This document shows positions 19,387-29,199 of a DNA stretch of 64,000 nucleotides, piece after piece. The notes under the pieces are model-generated. The model saw only the letters and a program-made list of their open reading frames with translations. It was not told where the DNA came from and searched no databases. The DNA is taken from the sequence record ON529855.1; one strand, given 5' to 3'. Numbering within the stretch: the first letter of the stretch is position 1; each line of letters starts with the position of its first letter. Position numbers and translations under genes: made by a program.

Positions 19387-20061
19387 TCACCAGTTTGCGA
19401 CGTTGACCAGATCGCGCTGATAGTCGCTGGGCTCGATGTAGGCAGCGGTGGTTTCCAGCCGCTTGTGCCCCATCAGTTTCTGGACGTCCAGGATGGAGCA
19501 CTTCTTCTGGTTCGCCATGCGGGCGCGCACGGTGCCGAAGGTGCGGCGGCCGCTGTGCGAGGTCGCCCCGTCCAGCGAGGCCTTGGCGTAGAGGCGGCGG
19601 AACCACTGCACCACGGCGTTCGGGGTCACCGAGCCGGGCACGTAGTCGTTGGCGATGGTGGAGACACGCTTCTTGGCGCGGGTCAGTTTCACCGTGCCGT
19701 CAGCGGCCTTGGCCTTGGGCGGCATATAGTTGTGCAGGGCGTAAAAGACATATTCGTCTTCGGGGCGAGCCTTGCGCAGGCGTTGCAGCACCGAGGCCAG
19801 TTCCGGCTCGATCGGGATCAGGCGCTCGACCGAACGCTTGCCGACATCGCCGGTGATCGCCAGGGTCGAGCGGACCTTGCCGCTGGCGTCGAGCACGTTG
19901 GTCCGCCAGCGCAGCTTGGCGATCTCCGAGGCGCGCAGGCCGGCGAAGAAGGACAGGCGCAGCGCCGCTTCGTCGCGCAGCGGGCTGTCGCTGGCGCGCG
20001 TGATCTTCAGGGCCGCCTTGAACTGTTGTCCGGTCAGGGTCTGGGCGCGCTTGGTAGCCAT
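19387..20061 (-). CDS. tyrosine recombinase (catalytic domain only)
   Basis: GLRASE, K in GKRS, HSGRRT, MGH, terminal Y: complete R-K-H-R-H-Y set. Confidence 0.9.
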   Translation of the reverse strand: MATKRAQTLTGQQFKAALKITRASDSPLRDEAALRLSFFAGLRASEIAKLRWRTNVLDASGKVRSTLAITGDVGKRSVERLIPIEPELASVLQRLRKARPEDEYVFYALHNYMPPKAKAADGTVKLTRAKKRVSTIANDYVPGSVTPNAVVQWFRRLYAKASLDGATSHSGRRTFGTVRARMANQKKCSILDVQKLMGHKRLETTAAYIEPSDYQRDLVNVANW

Positions 20062-20125
20062 GGGAAAGTTCCTCCGTTGATGTCGTCACGGAGTCACATA
20101 AAGAAGGTCGACGTGACTGTCAAGC

Positions 20126-20149
20126 GTCTGTCAACGATCTCACGCCAAA
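20126..20149 (-). promoter_or_regulatory. extended -35 promoter motif upstream of recombinase
   Basis: TTTGGCGTGAGATCGTTGACAGAC, 23/24 identical to 582-605; second TTGACA in tandem. Confidence 0.6.
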
Positions 20150-20311
20150 ATCATTTAGATCGGCTTTTTGGCGCGGTTTTTGCCGGCGCGCGCGCCGCAG
20201 TGGCCGCACTTGGCCCCGGCGCGGACGAGCCGGGCGTCGCAGCGACACCAGAAGCTGCGTCCGCGCGGCTGCCGCGAGGCCTCGCGGTTGGTCAGCGGCG
20301 GGTCTTGCACA

Positions 20312-20695
20312 TCAGGCGGGATAGCGGCGGCCGGCGTGGACGCCGTCCTGCGTGGTGGTCGGCGCCGGCTCCACGCCAGTCTTGCCGTCCATGAACCGCG
20401 CGCGATGCGACGCCTTGGCGCCGGCCAAGGCCCTCGCCAGCAGGTCTCGGTCTTCGCCGATCGCCGTCTTGAACGCCGCCTCGAAGCGGTCCATGGCGAC
20501 GTCCAGGTCGACGTCCATCTTCACCTGGTAGATCGGCACGTCCTCATGGACGAACTGGGTCCAGCGCGTTTGGCGTCGGCCCTGGCTGTCGTAGCCCGGC
20601 TTGATGATGTGGAAGGTCTCTCCGCCCATGACGAAGGCGCCGATCTTGTTGGCCTTGAGCGCCCCGGCGTAGAGGGCGTGCGCTTGACGGCTCAA
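20312..20695 (-). CDS. hypothetical protein
   Basis: TTG start overlapping upstream stop; phage codon usage. Confidence 0.7.
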   Translation of the reverse strand: MSRQAHALYAGALKANKIGAFVMGGETFHIIKPGYDSQGRRQTRWTQFVHEDVPIYQVKMDVDLDVAMDRFEAAFKTAIGEDRDLLARALAGAKASHRARFMDGKTGVEPAPTTTQDGVHAGRRYPA

Positions 20696-21135
20696 TGGAC
20701 CGCTCGGCTGTCCGGCAGGAGAATGCCGTGCACGCGCTTGCCGTATTCGCGGTTGAAGGCGCGGTTCCAGTATTCCGCCGCCGCGTGATTCGACCAGGCT
20801 TCCGTGGTCGTCAGTTCGGGGTTCTCATCCAGCAGGCGCGCGAAGAACAACGTGCGCAGGTAGGAGAAGTAGAGCCCCGCGCTGATCAGGCTCAGGTCGT
20901 CGGACAGTTGCCAGTCATCGAGCGGCAGGGGCAGGTCGAGGTGGAAGTGGTCCGGGTGCAGGCGCAGGGCCTCGGCGATGTAGGCCACCTTGTCCTTGTT
21001 GCTGATGCGCGACTGGAAGGCCTCGTCCGGCGAATCGTCGCTCAGGACGGCGGCGTGGAGTTTGTCGTACTGGTGTCCGTAGCTGGGGATTCGCTGGGGT
21101 CCGTCACCGTCACCGTGATTCCGTGAATTTCGCAT
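20692..21135 (-). CDS. hypothetical protein
   Basis: GGAAG RBS-like; 147 aa. Confidence 0.7.
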   Translation of the reverse strand: MRNSRNHGDGDGPQRIPSYGHQYDKLHAAVLSDDSPDEAFQSRISNKDKVAYIAEALRLHPDHFHLDLPLPLDDWQLSDDLSLISAGLYFSYLRTLFFARLLDENPELTTTEAWSNHAAAEYWNRAFNREYGKRVHGILLPDSRAVH

Positions 21136-21417
21136 GACTTCCTCGCGTACCAGACAGGCCGCGACGCATCGTCGGGGCCGAAGATTTCGACAAACTCATT
21201 CCGGGCTGCGCGCTCTTGGCAGATGCAGCCTTCCACACCACGCTGGGGGAGTTCGGGATGATGAGGAAAACGCCCGCGCACCTTGGCGGGGGTGGTTTCC
21301 TGCGTGATGTTTCGCATTCAGTAATTCTGACTGAAATCGTCCCGATCGTCAAGAATTACGGCATAGTTCGGTGCTCAGGTGGCGTTTATGCGTTGACAGT
21401 CGGCGTCCACAAGGCCT

Positions 21418-23607
21418 ATGCCGTTAATACCGTCATCGCCTACCGGAGTTCCCGCCTTGCGCTACGCCTACAAGCCCGACCACATGGAGGCCTCGGGCGT
21501 CCTGGCTGTCCGGAAATCGTCCACGCACACCTCGCGCAAGACGATTCGCATGCAGATCAACGATCTCTATTCCGACAAGGTCGGCGCGATCGTGCGCGAG
21601 ATCACCGCCAACGCCGATGATTCGCACCGTCGCGCCGGTCAGGAGCGACCCTTCTACGTTCACGTCCCCACGGCCCTGGAGCCGGAGTTCTTCGTGCGCG
21701 ATTTCGGCTGCGGCATGACCGACCAGGTCATGGAAGAGGTCTACATCGTCATCGGACTGAGCGACAAGGACGAGAGCGACGCCGAGACCGGCATGTGGGG
21801 CCTGGGCTCGAAGACGCCCTTCTCCTACGCGGACCAATACACCATCACCTGCTTCGACGGCGAGACCGCGCGCCACTACGGCTACGGCATCGCCGATGAC
21901 GGCATCCCCAATCTCTACACTCTGGCGATCGAGCCTTCCGACGAGCCCTGCGGCGTGCGCATCGGCCTGGCGGTCGAGGCCCAGGACTTCCACCTGTTCG
22001 AGACGGCGGTCAAGCACAGCGCCGTCGCCCATGAAGGTCGGTTCGAGCACAATCTGGGCGAGATCAAAACCGGATCGGTGGCCTACCAGGGCGCCGGATG
22101 GACCGCGCTCTCCGAGGCCCCCTTGACCGGCGCCAGCACCTACAACGACACCTGGTGGGTGCGACAGGGCTGCGTCGTCTATCCGCTCAAGGACTCGCAG
22201 ATCACCCTGCCGCAGAGTTCGCGGATGGACGGGCGGCTCGCCTACATCCTGGACTGCCCGATCGGTTCGGTGCGCATGACCCCGTCGCGTGAAGCCCTCC
22301 AGTATGACGCGGAAGGGGTTGAATACCTCAAGGCGCGCATCGAGAGCGTCAAGGCGGAGATCGGCGACGCCGTGCATGAGGCGACCAAGGACATCGTTTC
22401 GGTCGTCGACTATTTCGAGAAGGTGGCGAAACTCAAGCCCTCCTTTCTCCAGCGCAACTTCACCCACCCGCTTACCGGCTTGACGACCTGCGCGCTCCAC
22501 CTGGGCTGGCCCTCCCTGCTCTACAGCGCCGAACGCCGGGCCACCGGGGAGTGGGCGTTCGACATGCCGGGCGCCCTCGACCTGCGCTTCACCCGAACCG
22601 ATCATCGCCGGGTGTTCATTCTGGACGACATCCAGCCCTTGCTCGATCCGTCGCGGGGGGAAAAGGACGCCAAGACGGGCGACACCAAATGGCTGACGCG
22701 CAGCGAACTGCGCCGGGTGAGCCGTTTCGTGCGTCACTTCCTGGAATCGAAGCGCATCAACAACGCCTACCTGGTGTGCAACGTCGATTGGAGCGACGAG
22801 TTCATCCAGGCCTTTAGCCACCAGAAAGGACATCCGGTCGCCGCCTTCGAGCGACTGTCGTTCGAAGACCTGCGGGCGGCGGTCCCCCGTCGCGTGGCGC
22901 CGCCCACGCCGGCGGCCGCCACGCCTCCGATCCGGGGCCTCGCCCTCGCCAAGGCCGCCGGCGAGCAGAAGCCGGTGTTCTCGGTGCATGAGGCGAATGA
23001 GAAATACGCCTGGGTCGCGTCTGATGAATACCGCAAACAGGCGGGCGCGCTGTTCAAACTGGCGCGCAAGGCGGGGGTCGAGGCCCTCTATATCGCCGCC
23101 GAAGGCGACGCCCAAAAGCAGGTGATCGACGCGGGGCACCCCCACTTGTCGGTCTTCCTGGAGAAGATGTTCACCCGCGCCGGCTGGACCATGGCGACCC
23201 ATGAGTTCGTGCGCCTGACCTTCCCGTCGGACTACTCGAACAAGACGTCGGAGTTCCTGCGCATGCTGAAGCAGGTCAACCCCGAACAGTACGACCGCCT
23301 CGCCAAGGGCGACGGCGTCTATTCCGAACTGGCGACGGCCTTGAGCAAGGTCATCGCCAAGCCGCTGGTCCCTTTGACGGACGATGAGCGCCGGGTGATG
23401 GAAACCCTGCTGCCCAAGCCCGAGATCAAGGTGACCAAGAAGCTTCAGGCGGCCAAGGTGCTCTACAATTCCCTGGAGTCCCACTACTACAACCCGACGA
23501 GCAAGTTCGTCAGCGAACTGAAACTCACCAAGGACCGGGCCGAGGACTACGTCAGCGCCATTCTGGCGCTCCAGTCCATCATCCCGCCCACCGCCCGCCA
23601 CTCCTGA
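21418..23607 (+). CDS. rIIA: rIIA-like protein (GHKL ATPase N-terminus)
   Basis: LYSDKVGAIVREITANADD, VRDFGCGM, GMWGLGSKTPFSY; directly upstream of rIIB. Confidence 0.88.
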   Translation: MPLIPSSPTGVPALRYAYKPDHMEASGVLAVRKSSTHTSRKTIRMQINDLYSDKVGAIVREITANADDSHRRAGQERPFYVHVPTALEPEFFVRDFGCGMTDQVMEEVYIVIGLSDKDESDAETGMWGLGSKTPFSYADQYTITCFDGETARHYGYGIADDGIPNLYTLAIEPSDEPCGVRIGLAVEAQDFHLFETAVKHSAVAHEGRFEHNLGEIKTGSVAYQGAGWTALSEAPLTGASTYNDTWWVRQGCVVYPLKDSQITLPQSSRMDGRLAYILDCPIGSVRMTPSREALQYDAEGVEYLKARIESVKAEIGDAVHEATKDIVSVVDYFEKVAKLKPSFLQRNFTHPLTGLTTCALHLGWPSLLYSAERRATGEWAFDMPGALDLRFTRTDHRRVFILDDIQPLLDPSRGEKDAKTGDTKWLTRSELRRVSRFVRHFLESKRINNAYLVCNVDWSDEFIQAFSHQKGHPVAAFERLSFEDLRAAVPRRVAPPTPAAATPPIRGLALAKAAGEQKPVFSVHEANEKYAWVASDEYRKQAGALFKLARKAGVEALYIAAEGDAQKQVIDAGHPHLSVFLEKMFTRAGWTMATHEFVRLTFPSDYSNKTSEFLRMLKQVNPEQYDRLAKGDGVYSELATALSKVIAKPLVPLTDDERRVMETLLPKPEIKVTKKLQAAKVLYNSLESHYYNPTSKFVSELKLTKDRAEDYVSAILALQSIIPPTARHS

Positions 23608-23620
23608 TCGGACCCCTCTG

Positions 23621-25186
23621 ATGACCGACACCACCGCCACGCCGCCGGCGCCTGCCGCCATGCCGATCGCCTTCATGATCGGCAAGGAACGCGTCAGCTT
23701 CGTGCTGAACTCCCGCCACCGGTCCTACCACCTGAAATCCCAGCAGGGCCAGGACCTGGTCGCCCTGCTGCGCGCCGAGCCCCAGGACGTCGAGCGGATC
23801 GGCGAACTGGCCGACATCATCACCTATATCGCCAAGCAGTCGAACGGCCGCGTGACGGTGGATGATTGCGACCGCCTGCGCCTGGACGGCAAGCTGATCG
23901 ACTACGGCCTGTCGGGGCGGATGGCCCAGGTCGTTGAGGCGGGCGTGCCGTTCGACGCGCTCAGCCGCTTCATCGAGAAGGTCTCCGAGAACCCCGACAA
24001 GACGGTGGCGGAAGACCTTTATCGCTTCATGGAGAAGGGCGGCATCCCGCTGACTCCCGACGGCAACATCCTGGTCTTCAAGAAGGTCGATCCGAACTAC
24101 TACTCCTATGCCTCGGGCACCACGATGGCCCGCGCCACCCTGGCCGACGGCACCGTCAAGGAGATGACCGGCAAGGTCCTCTATCCGTTGGGCGGCTATG
24201 TCGAGATGGATCGCGAAGACTGCGATCCAAACCGCCAGCGCACCTGTTCCAAGGGCCTGCACGGCTGCTCGCCGGAATACCTGAACTTCTGGTATAAGCA
24301 GGCCGGCATCGTCCTGATCGGCGAGGTCGACCCCAAGGACGTCACCGCCATCCCGGCGGACCACAACGACCAGAAGCTGCGCTGCTGCCGCATGAAGATC
24401 GTCGGGGAAATCCCCGAGGACGACGCCAAGACCCACTTCCCCTCGGTGGTCGAGCGGCGCTATGAGACGTCCTACCCGACCTGGGACCTGTCGGACGACG
24501 GCCGCCGCGCCGGCGGTCCGGCGCTGGACGCCGAAGGCCGGACGCAGGCCTGGATCAAACGCGATGCCGTCATGATCTGGGGCGTGGAAGGCGCGTCGGA
24601 CGACGAGGGCTCCGCGCCCACGGCGCCGGCGGACGCCGTCAACGACCGCGCCCCCGCCGAGCCGGAGGCCCATACGCCGCTCCAGTTCGTCGCCACGGAC
24701 GAGGACGACAACGAGTTCGACGCCTGGGGCTGCGGCGAGGGCGAGGGGCTCATCGCCGGGCGTCAGGACAAGGCGAACGGCTATCCGGCCGACGACACCA
24801 TCCTCAGTGAACCGCGCAACCTCGACGCTGACGACCTGAAATTCTATCGTGAGGGTTACGCCGACGGCTATGCCAGGGGTTACGCCGAGCCCGCCGACGA
24901 GACCCTGGCTGACGCCGACGGCGAAGGTCGCTGGACCCTGGCGCGTGTGCTCCAGGAGGCCCGCAAGGCGGGGTCGGACGAGGCCAAGAACAATGCGGTC
25001 GCGGACCTGGACTACACCAACGACCCCTGGGACGCCAACGCCCTGGCGACGTTGTCCGAGTGGCTGAACGACGTTCTGCCGGACGACGCCAATACGGAAG
25101 ACCACGCCTTCATCAAGGCGTTCGAGCGGGCCTACCGCGACGCCTACCATACGGCCTGGAACGCGCATGAGGACGCGGCCGCCTGA
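23621..25186 (+). CDS. rIIB: rIIB-like protein with acidic C-terminal extension
   Basis: DLYRFM...LTPDGNILVFKKV, CDPNR.RTCSKGLH, VDPKDVTAIP.DHN..KLRCC motifs. Confidence 0.9.
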   Translation: MTDTTATPPAPAAMPIAFMIGKERVSFVLNSRHRSYHLKSQQGQDLVALLRAEPQDVERIGELADIITYIAKQSNGRVTVDDCDRLRLDGKLIDYGLSGRMAQVVEAGVPFDALSRFIEKVSENPDKTVAEDLYRFMEKGGIPLTPDGNILVFKKVDPNYYSYASGTTMARATLADGTVKEMTGKVLYPLGGYVEMDREDCDPNRQRTCSKGLHGCSPEYLNFWYKQAGIVLIGEVDPKDVTAIPADHNDQKLRCCRMKIVGEIPEDDAKTHFPSVVERRYETSYPTWDLSDDGRRAGGPALDAEGRTQAWIKRDAVMIWGVEGASDDEGSAPTAPADAVNDRAPAEPEAHTPLQFVATDEDDNEFDAWGCGEGEGLIAGRQDKANGYPADDTILSEPRNLDADDLKFYREGYADGYARGYAEPADETLADADGEGRWTLARVLQEARKAGSDEAKNNAVADLDYTNDPWDANALATLSEWLNDVLPDDANTEDHAFIKAFERAYRDAYHTAWNAHEDAAA

Positions 25187-25590
25187 TGCCGGTCCTGTTC
25201 CAGAAGATCGTCAAGCGCGAGGACCTGCGGCGTAATCCGCAGGTGCTCTACGTGTTCGGCGACAACGTCCAGCGCGTGGGTCTGGGCGGCCAGGCCGGCG
25301 AGATGCGGCGCGAGGTCAACGCCGTCGGTGTGGCGACGAAATACTCGCCCGCCGACTACTTCGGCGAAGACCCCGCCGAGGTCGCGGCGCAGAACCGGAT
25401 CATCGACCAGGATATGCGGCCCTTGTTCGAGAAGGTGAACCAGGGCGGCATCGTCGTCTGGCCCGCCGACGGGATCGGCACCGGCCTGGCGGACCTGCCG
25501 CGTGTGGCGCCCTCGACCTTCGCCTACCTCAACCAGAAACTGGCGGCCCTGCTGAAGGCGGCCGACCTGTTCGACAAGGAGACGGCATGA
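25186..25590 (+). CDS. conserved phage protein, macrodomain-like fold suspected
   Basis: LYVFGDN...GLGGQA..MR, GIGTGLADLP motifs. Confidence 0.7.
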   Translation: MPVLFQKIVKREDLRRNPQVLYVFGDNVQRVGLGGQAGEMRREVNAVGVATKYSPADYFGEDPAEVAAQNRIIDQDMRPLFEKVNQGGIVVWPADGIGTGLADLPRVAPSTFAYLNQKLAALLKAADLFDKETA

Positions 25591-25859
25591 CCTTGCCCGC
25601 CCTGACCGTGGATCACTACGGACGCGCCGCCGAGCGCGCCAAGCCGGTGCTGAAGCGCGGCGACAAGGTCTACATGATCGCGCACGGCGCCGACGGCAAC
25701 GGCTTCGCCACCTACACCTTCGACCACTGGGACGAACACTCGCCCGGCGGCGACTTCTTCGTGTCGAAGTCGGGGATCGACGAACTGCATCCCTTCAACA
25801 TCGCACGCCTCAACGGCGCGACGATCAGCTTCCGGGACGAGGGTCATGTCGCGGTCTGA
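25587..25859 (+). CDS. hypothetical protein
   Basis: ATGA coupling. Confidence 0.7.
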   Translation: MTLPALTVDHYGRAAERAKPVLKRGDKVYMIAHGADGNGFATYTFDHWDEHSPGGDFFVSKSGIDELHPFNIARLNGATISFRDEGHVAV

Positions 25860-26079
25860 GCCTGAAGAAAATCCGTTCGATTCCATCCACGCCTGCATCG
25901 CCTTCTCGCCGCACGACTGGTCCCAGCACCACCGTATGGCGTGGATTTACGGCATCGTGTGCGGCTGGGACGCCGCGTCGATGAAGACGGTGGCGGCCAA
26001 GCACCGCTGGGGACCGGATGAAGTCGCGCGTCTGAAGCGGCTGCACATCCGCTACCAGGCGCAGAAGAAGGACGCCTGA
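25846..26079 (+). CDS. hypothetical protein
   Basis: GAGG RBS; 77 aa. Confidence 0.7.
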   Translation: MSRSEPEENPFDSIHACIAFSPHDWSQHHRMAWIYGIVCGWDAASMKTVAAKHRWGPDEVARLKRLHIRYQAQKKDA

Positions 26080-26080
26080 C

Positions 26081-26677
26081 ATGGCGAACTACTGGAGCCC
26101 GCTCTTCTACACCAAGGCGGACTACGACGGGTTCATGGTCCCGGCGGCCGAGGGCGGCCGAGGCCCCGACAACGCGCGCCACGAACTGGGGCTGGAGATC
26201 GACCACCACGCCGGCATGAAGACGGTGGTGCTGCTGCCGGGCGAGAGCGTCGAGCAGGCCGCCTATCGCGCCATGCGTGAGAGCCACGCCTTCCTGACCG
26301 ACGACAATCACGCCTGGGAGGTCGTTCCGGGCCAGCAGGCGCACTGGATGTCGCGCCTGCGGGTCATCAAGAACGAAAAGTCCGGCTACTTCACCCGCAT
26401 CCCCGGCCTGTCGTGGATGATCCTGGAGGACGGACCTGGCGCCCACTGGTTCGACATGCACTTTCGCCTCGCCACCGTCGGCATGATCGCCGCCGAGATC
26501 GAGGCGGACCGAGTGTCGTCCTTGAAGTATGACGCCGAGGCGGACGCCTGCAACGATTCCATCCGGGGCCGCAAGCGCGCCCGGACGGCGCGCAATTGCG
26601 CCCATTCGGCCCGGTTTCGCGGCGAGGTCGCGCCGGGGCGGCGCTGGCCGAACCACTTCCCCCGCGAGGCGGCGTGA
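26081..26677 (+). CDS. hypothetical protein
   Basis: 198-aa ORF in operon. Confidence 0.7.
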   Translation: MANYWSPLFYTKADYDGFMVPAAEGGRGPDNARHELGLEIDHHAGMKTVVLLPGESVEQAAYRAMRESHAFLTDDNHAWEVVPGQQAHWMSRLRVIKNEKSGYFTRIPGLSWMILEDGPGAHWFDMHFRLATVGMIAAEIEADRVSSLKYDAEADACNDSIRGRKRARTARNCAHSARFRGEVAPGRRWPNHFPREAA

Positions 26678-27225
26678 TGAAGGTCGTCTTGCTGGACCCT
26701 GCGGGCGTCGTTGTCGGTTATACGGCGGTGGCGCCCTTGCCGGCCGAGGCCCCGCAGCAAATCCCCGACCTGCTGGAGCATCGCCACGTCTTCTACGCCC
26801 TGCAACCGCGCGAAGCCTATCCTGAGGCCTTGTGGAATTGCGAAGCGGCCTTTAAGGAAGTCATCTGCGGCGACATCACGACCCCGGTCTATGCCGACAA
26901 GGTCGACGGTCTGGCGCTGAGGACGCTGCAAGACCTGAAGTGGTTTCTGTCGCAACCGCGCAGCGCCGTCCTGATCGATGATCCGCAGACGGAGGCCGTA
27001 GTTGCTCGGGGTGAAGCCCTTCTGGCGGCGACGACGCCTCTGCGCCCACACAACGCTCAGGTCCTTCAGGACCTCCGCGTCGCAGTCGCCGAGGCCCGCT
27101 ACTGGATGAAACCCGACCCCGGCACCGCCAGGGCCGTGGTCCAGGCGCGCGATCGTCGCCACATCGCTGGCGCCCGGACGGACTTCGCCAAGGCGTTGCT
27201 CCACACACGAGACGAGAGACCCTGA
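26677..27225 (+). CDS. hypothetical protein
   Basis: TGATG coupling (start MKVVLLD). Confidence 0.65.
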   Translation: MKVVLLDPAGVVVGYTAVAPLPAEAPQQIPDLLEHRHVFYALQPREAYPEALWNCEAAFKEVICGDITTPVYADKVDGLALRTLQDLKWFLSQPRSAVLIDDPQTEAVVARGEALLAATTPLRPHNAQVLQDLRVAVAEARYWMKPDPGTARAVVQARDRRHIAGARTDFAKALLHTRDERP

Positions 27226-27539
27226 TGAACTGGATCATGAACGGGCAGGACCCTGACGCACCGCGCGGGCCGTGTCGCCGTCGATACCTGCCGATCGCCT
27301 TGGCGGCGGCCGCCGCCCTGTCGGGCTGCAAGGGCGTGGCCGAGGAAATCCACGCCGTCGGATTGCAGGCCCGCGACGATCTGATCGCGGGGAACACCTA
27401 CCACTACGACCCCCGCGTGAACCTCTGTTTCGCGGTCGGGGCCTACGCCCGTACCGGCAACTTCACCGACAATCTGACCCAGACCTATGTGCCATGCACC
27501 GACGAGGTCATGGCCCAAGCCCTGAAAGACGCTCCGTGA
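27225..27539 (+). CDS. putative lipoprotein
   Basis: Signal-like segment ending LSGC (lipobox). Confidence 0.65.
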   Translation: MNWIMNGQDPDAPRGPCRRRYLPIALAAAAALSGCKGVAEEIHAVGLQARDDLIAGNTYHYDPRVNLCFAVGAYARTGNFTDNLTQTYVPCTDEVMAQALKDAP

Positions 27540-28393
27540 GTTACATCGCCCCCGTCCTGCCGCACGACGTCTACGGCGAGGCCAATGTGCGCCTCGGCCG
27601 CGTAGAGGCTGAAGAGAACGTCACCATCCTGTTCGCGGTGGAGTCCGGGTCGCGCGCCTGGGGCTTCCCTTCGCCCGACAGCGACAACGACGTGCGCTTC
27701 TTCTACGTGCGCCCGATCAGTCACTACCTGGGCCTGGAGTCTCCGCGCGACGTGATCGAACGTCCGATCGAGGACCCGTGGGACCTGAACGGCTGGGACC
27801 TGCGCAAGGCGCTGCAACTGCTGGTCAAGGGCAACGCCACCGCCATGGAATGGCTGTCGAGCCCGCTGATCTACCGTGAGCACGGCCCGCTGCCGGCGCG
27901 CCTGCGCGACCTGATCAAGCGGCACGCCTCGCCGGAATCCAGCGCGCGGCACTACTTCGGCCTGACCCGGCAATGCTACGCCGGCGAAATCAGCAACCGG
28001 CCGACCGCCGCCCAGAACGCCCAGAACGAGGCTGACGGGGTCATCGTCAAGGGCCTGACCCAGGTCAACCTGAAGAAGTACCTCTATGCGGTGCGCGGCG
28101 CCATGTCGATCGCCTGGATCGCCCGCTACAAGGAGGTGCCGCCGATGACCATGCCGGCGCTGATGAGCCATGCCGTGGCCTCCGAAGCCGTCGCGGCCGA
28201 GATCACCACCCTGCTGCGGCGCAAGTCGACCATGGGCGAGTTCGGTCACGGCGACCGCATCGCGGTGCTGGATGAGTTCATCGAAGCCCAAATGGAATGG
28301 GTCAAGGCCCAGGGCTTCGACCGGCTGCCGATGAGCGAGGCCTTCGCCGCCGAGGCCGAACAGCTTCTGCTCGACGCCCTGGGGATCGGCTGA
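27536..28393 (+). CDS. DNA polymerase beta-superfamily nucleotidyltransferase (YcgL-like)
   Basis: ESGSRAWGFPSPDSDNDVRF, DLNGWDLRKAL.LL.KGN, KKYLYAVR motifs; GTG start. Confidence 0.88.
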   Translation: MSYIAPVLPHDVYGEANVRLGRVEAEENVTILFAVESGSRAWGFPSPDSDNDVRFFYVRPISHYLGLESPRDVIERPIEDPWDLNGWDLRKALQLLVKGNATAMEWLSSPLIYREHGPLPARLRDLIKRHASPESSARHYFGLTRQCYAGEISNRPTAAQNAQNEADGVIVKGLTQVNLKKYLYAVRGAMSIAWIARYKEVPPMTMPALMSHAVASEAVAAEITTLLRRKSTMGEFGHGDRIAVLDEFIEAQMEWVKAQGFDRLPMSEAFAAEAEQLLLDALGIG

Positions 28394-28608
28394 TGGGGAT
28401 GCTTCGTCTGCGCATCGTCGAGGTCGGCGCCGAAGGCGGCTTCCTGATCGAGCGGCGCCGGTGGTGGGGATGGGACGCCGTCGCCGTGCATGATTCTGTG
28501 TCCGAAGCCCATGACGACGCGATCACCATGGGCGTGATGTGGCGGCGGGTCCGAGGCTACGCGGATACGGCCCGCGTGCGCATCGTTGCGAACCACGCCT
28601 ACGCATGA
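28393..28608 (+). CDS. hypothetical protein
   Basis: TGATG coupling. Confidence 0.6.
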   Translation: MGMLRLRIVEVGAEGGFLIERRRWWGWDAVAVHDSVSEAHDDAITMGVMWRRVRGYADTARVRIVANHAYA

Positions 28609-28856
28609 GCGCCCAGGCCATTCATCTGCTGGCGTTGATCGTGCTGTTTCCGGCCACGATCGCGTCGTTCGTCTGGTTCCTCATGGCGTGGGGATTCAGG
28701 GGCGGCTTCGGCGTCACCTGGCGCTCGGTCATCCTGTCCGGCGGCGTCTTCCTGACGCTGTTCATCGCCCTGGGCGTGGTCCTCTACCATCCCTACGCCC
28801 TGCCGAACCTCCTGTCCGGCATCGTCCTGCCGCCCAACCCCTTCAAGGTGTCCTAG
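28605..28856 (+). CDS. small membrane protein
   Basis: ATGA coupling; two TM helices. Confidence 0.7.
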   Translation: MSAQAIHLLALIVLFPATIASFVWFLMAWGFRGGFGVTWRSVILSGGVFLTLFIALGVVLYHPYALPNLLSGIVLPPNPFKVS

Positions 28857-28857
28857 C

Positions 28858-29199
28858 ATGTTGACCGAGGTCTACTGCGCCCAGAAAACGATCGATGATC
28901 GCGGCGCGCTCGGCGCCGTCATCGGCTATTTCAGCACCGAACCCGCCGCCACCCTCGCGGCGGCGAAACAGGGCTGGTACGGCGGCGACGGTCGGGTCAC
29001 GCGCTGCTGGATCATCGCCCATGAGGGCCGCTTCTATCCGATCGAACGGGGCATGGAGAAGGGCATGCTGCTCGCCCTGCTCGACCAGAACATCCCCGAG
29101 GAAACCAAGCGCCTGCGCGCGGCGGCCTGGATCAAGGTCACCGAGGCGCTCAGCCCCGATGAACGAGACCTCCTGGGTCTCCAGGAGCCGAAGTCATGA
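28858..29199 (+). CDS. hypothetical protein
   Basis: Packed ORF, phage codon usage. Confidence 0.7.
   Translation: MLTEVYCAQKTIDDRGALGAVIGYFSTEPAATLAAAKQGWYGGDGRVTRCWIIAHEGRFYPIERGMEKGMLLALLDQNIPEETKRLRAAAWIKVTEALSPDERDLLGLQEPKS

Noticed and set aside
15674-19420. Very long antisense ORFs (also 58699-61257, 53152-55242, 47987-49729, 4111-5964 and others)
   Set aside because: They shadow well-supported genes on the opposite strand. This is expected from GC3-biased codon usage, and they have no recognisable motifs or RBS.
19387-20061. Integrase marking a prophage or mobile-element boundary
   Set aside because: No att-like repeats, no host genes and no compositional break on either side.
21042-21352. 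Candidate small minus-strand ORFs upstream of the 20692-21135 gene
   Set aside because: Two overlapping alternatives, neither with a clear RBS or typical codon usage; cannot choose between them.
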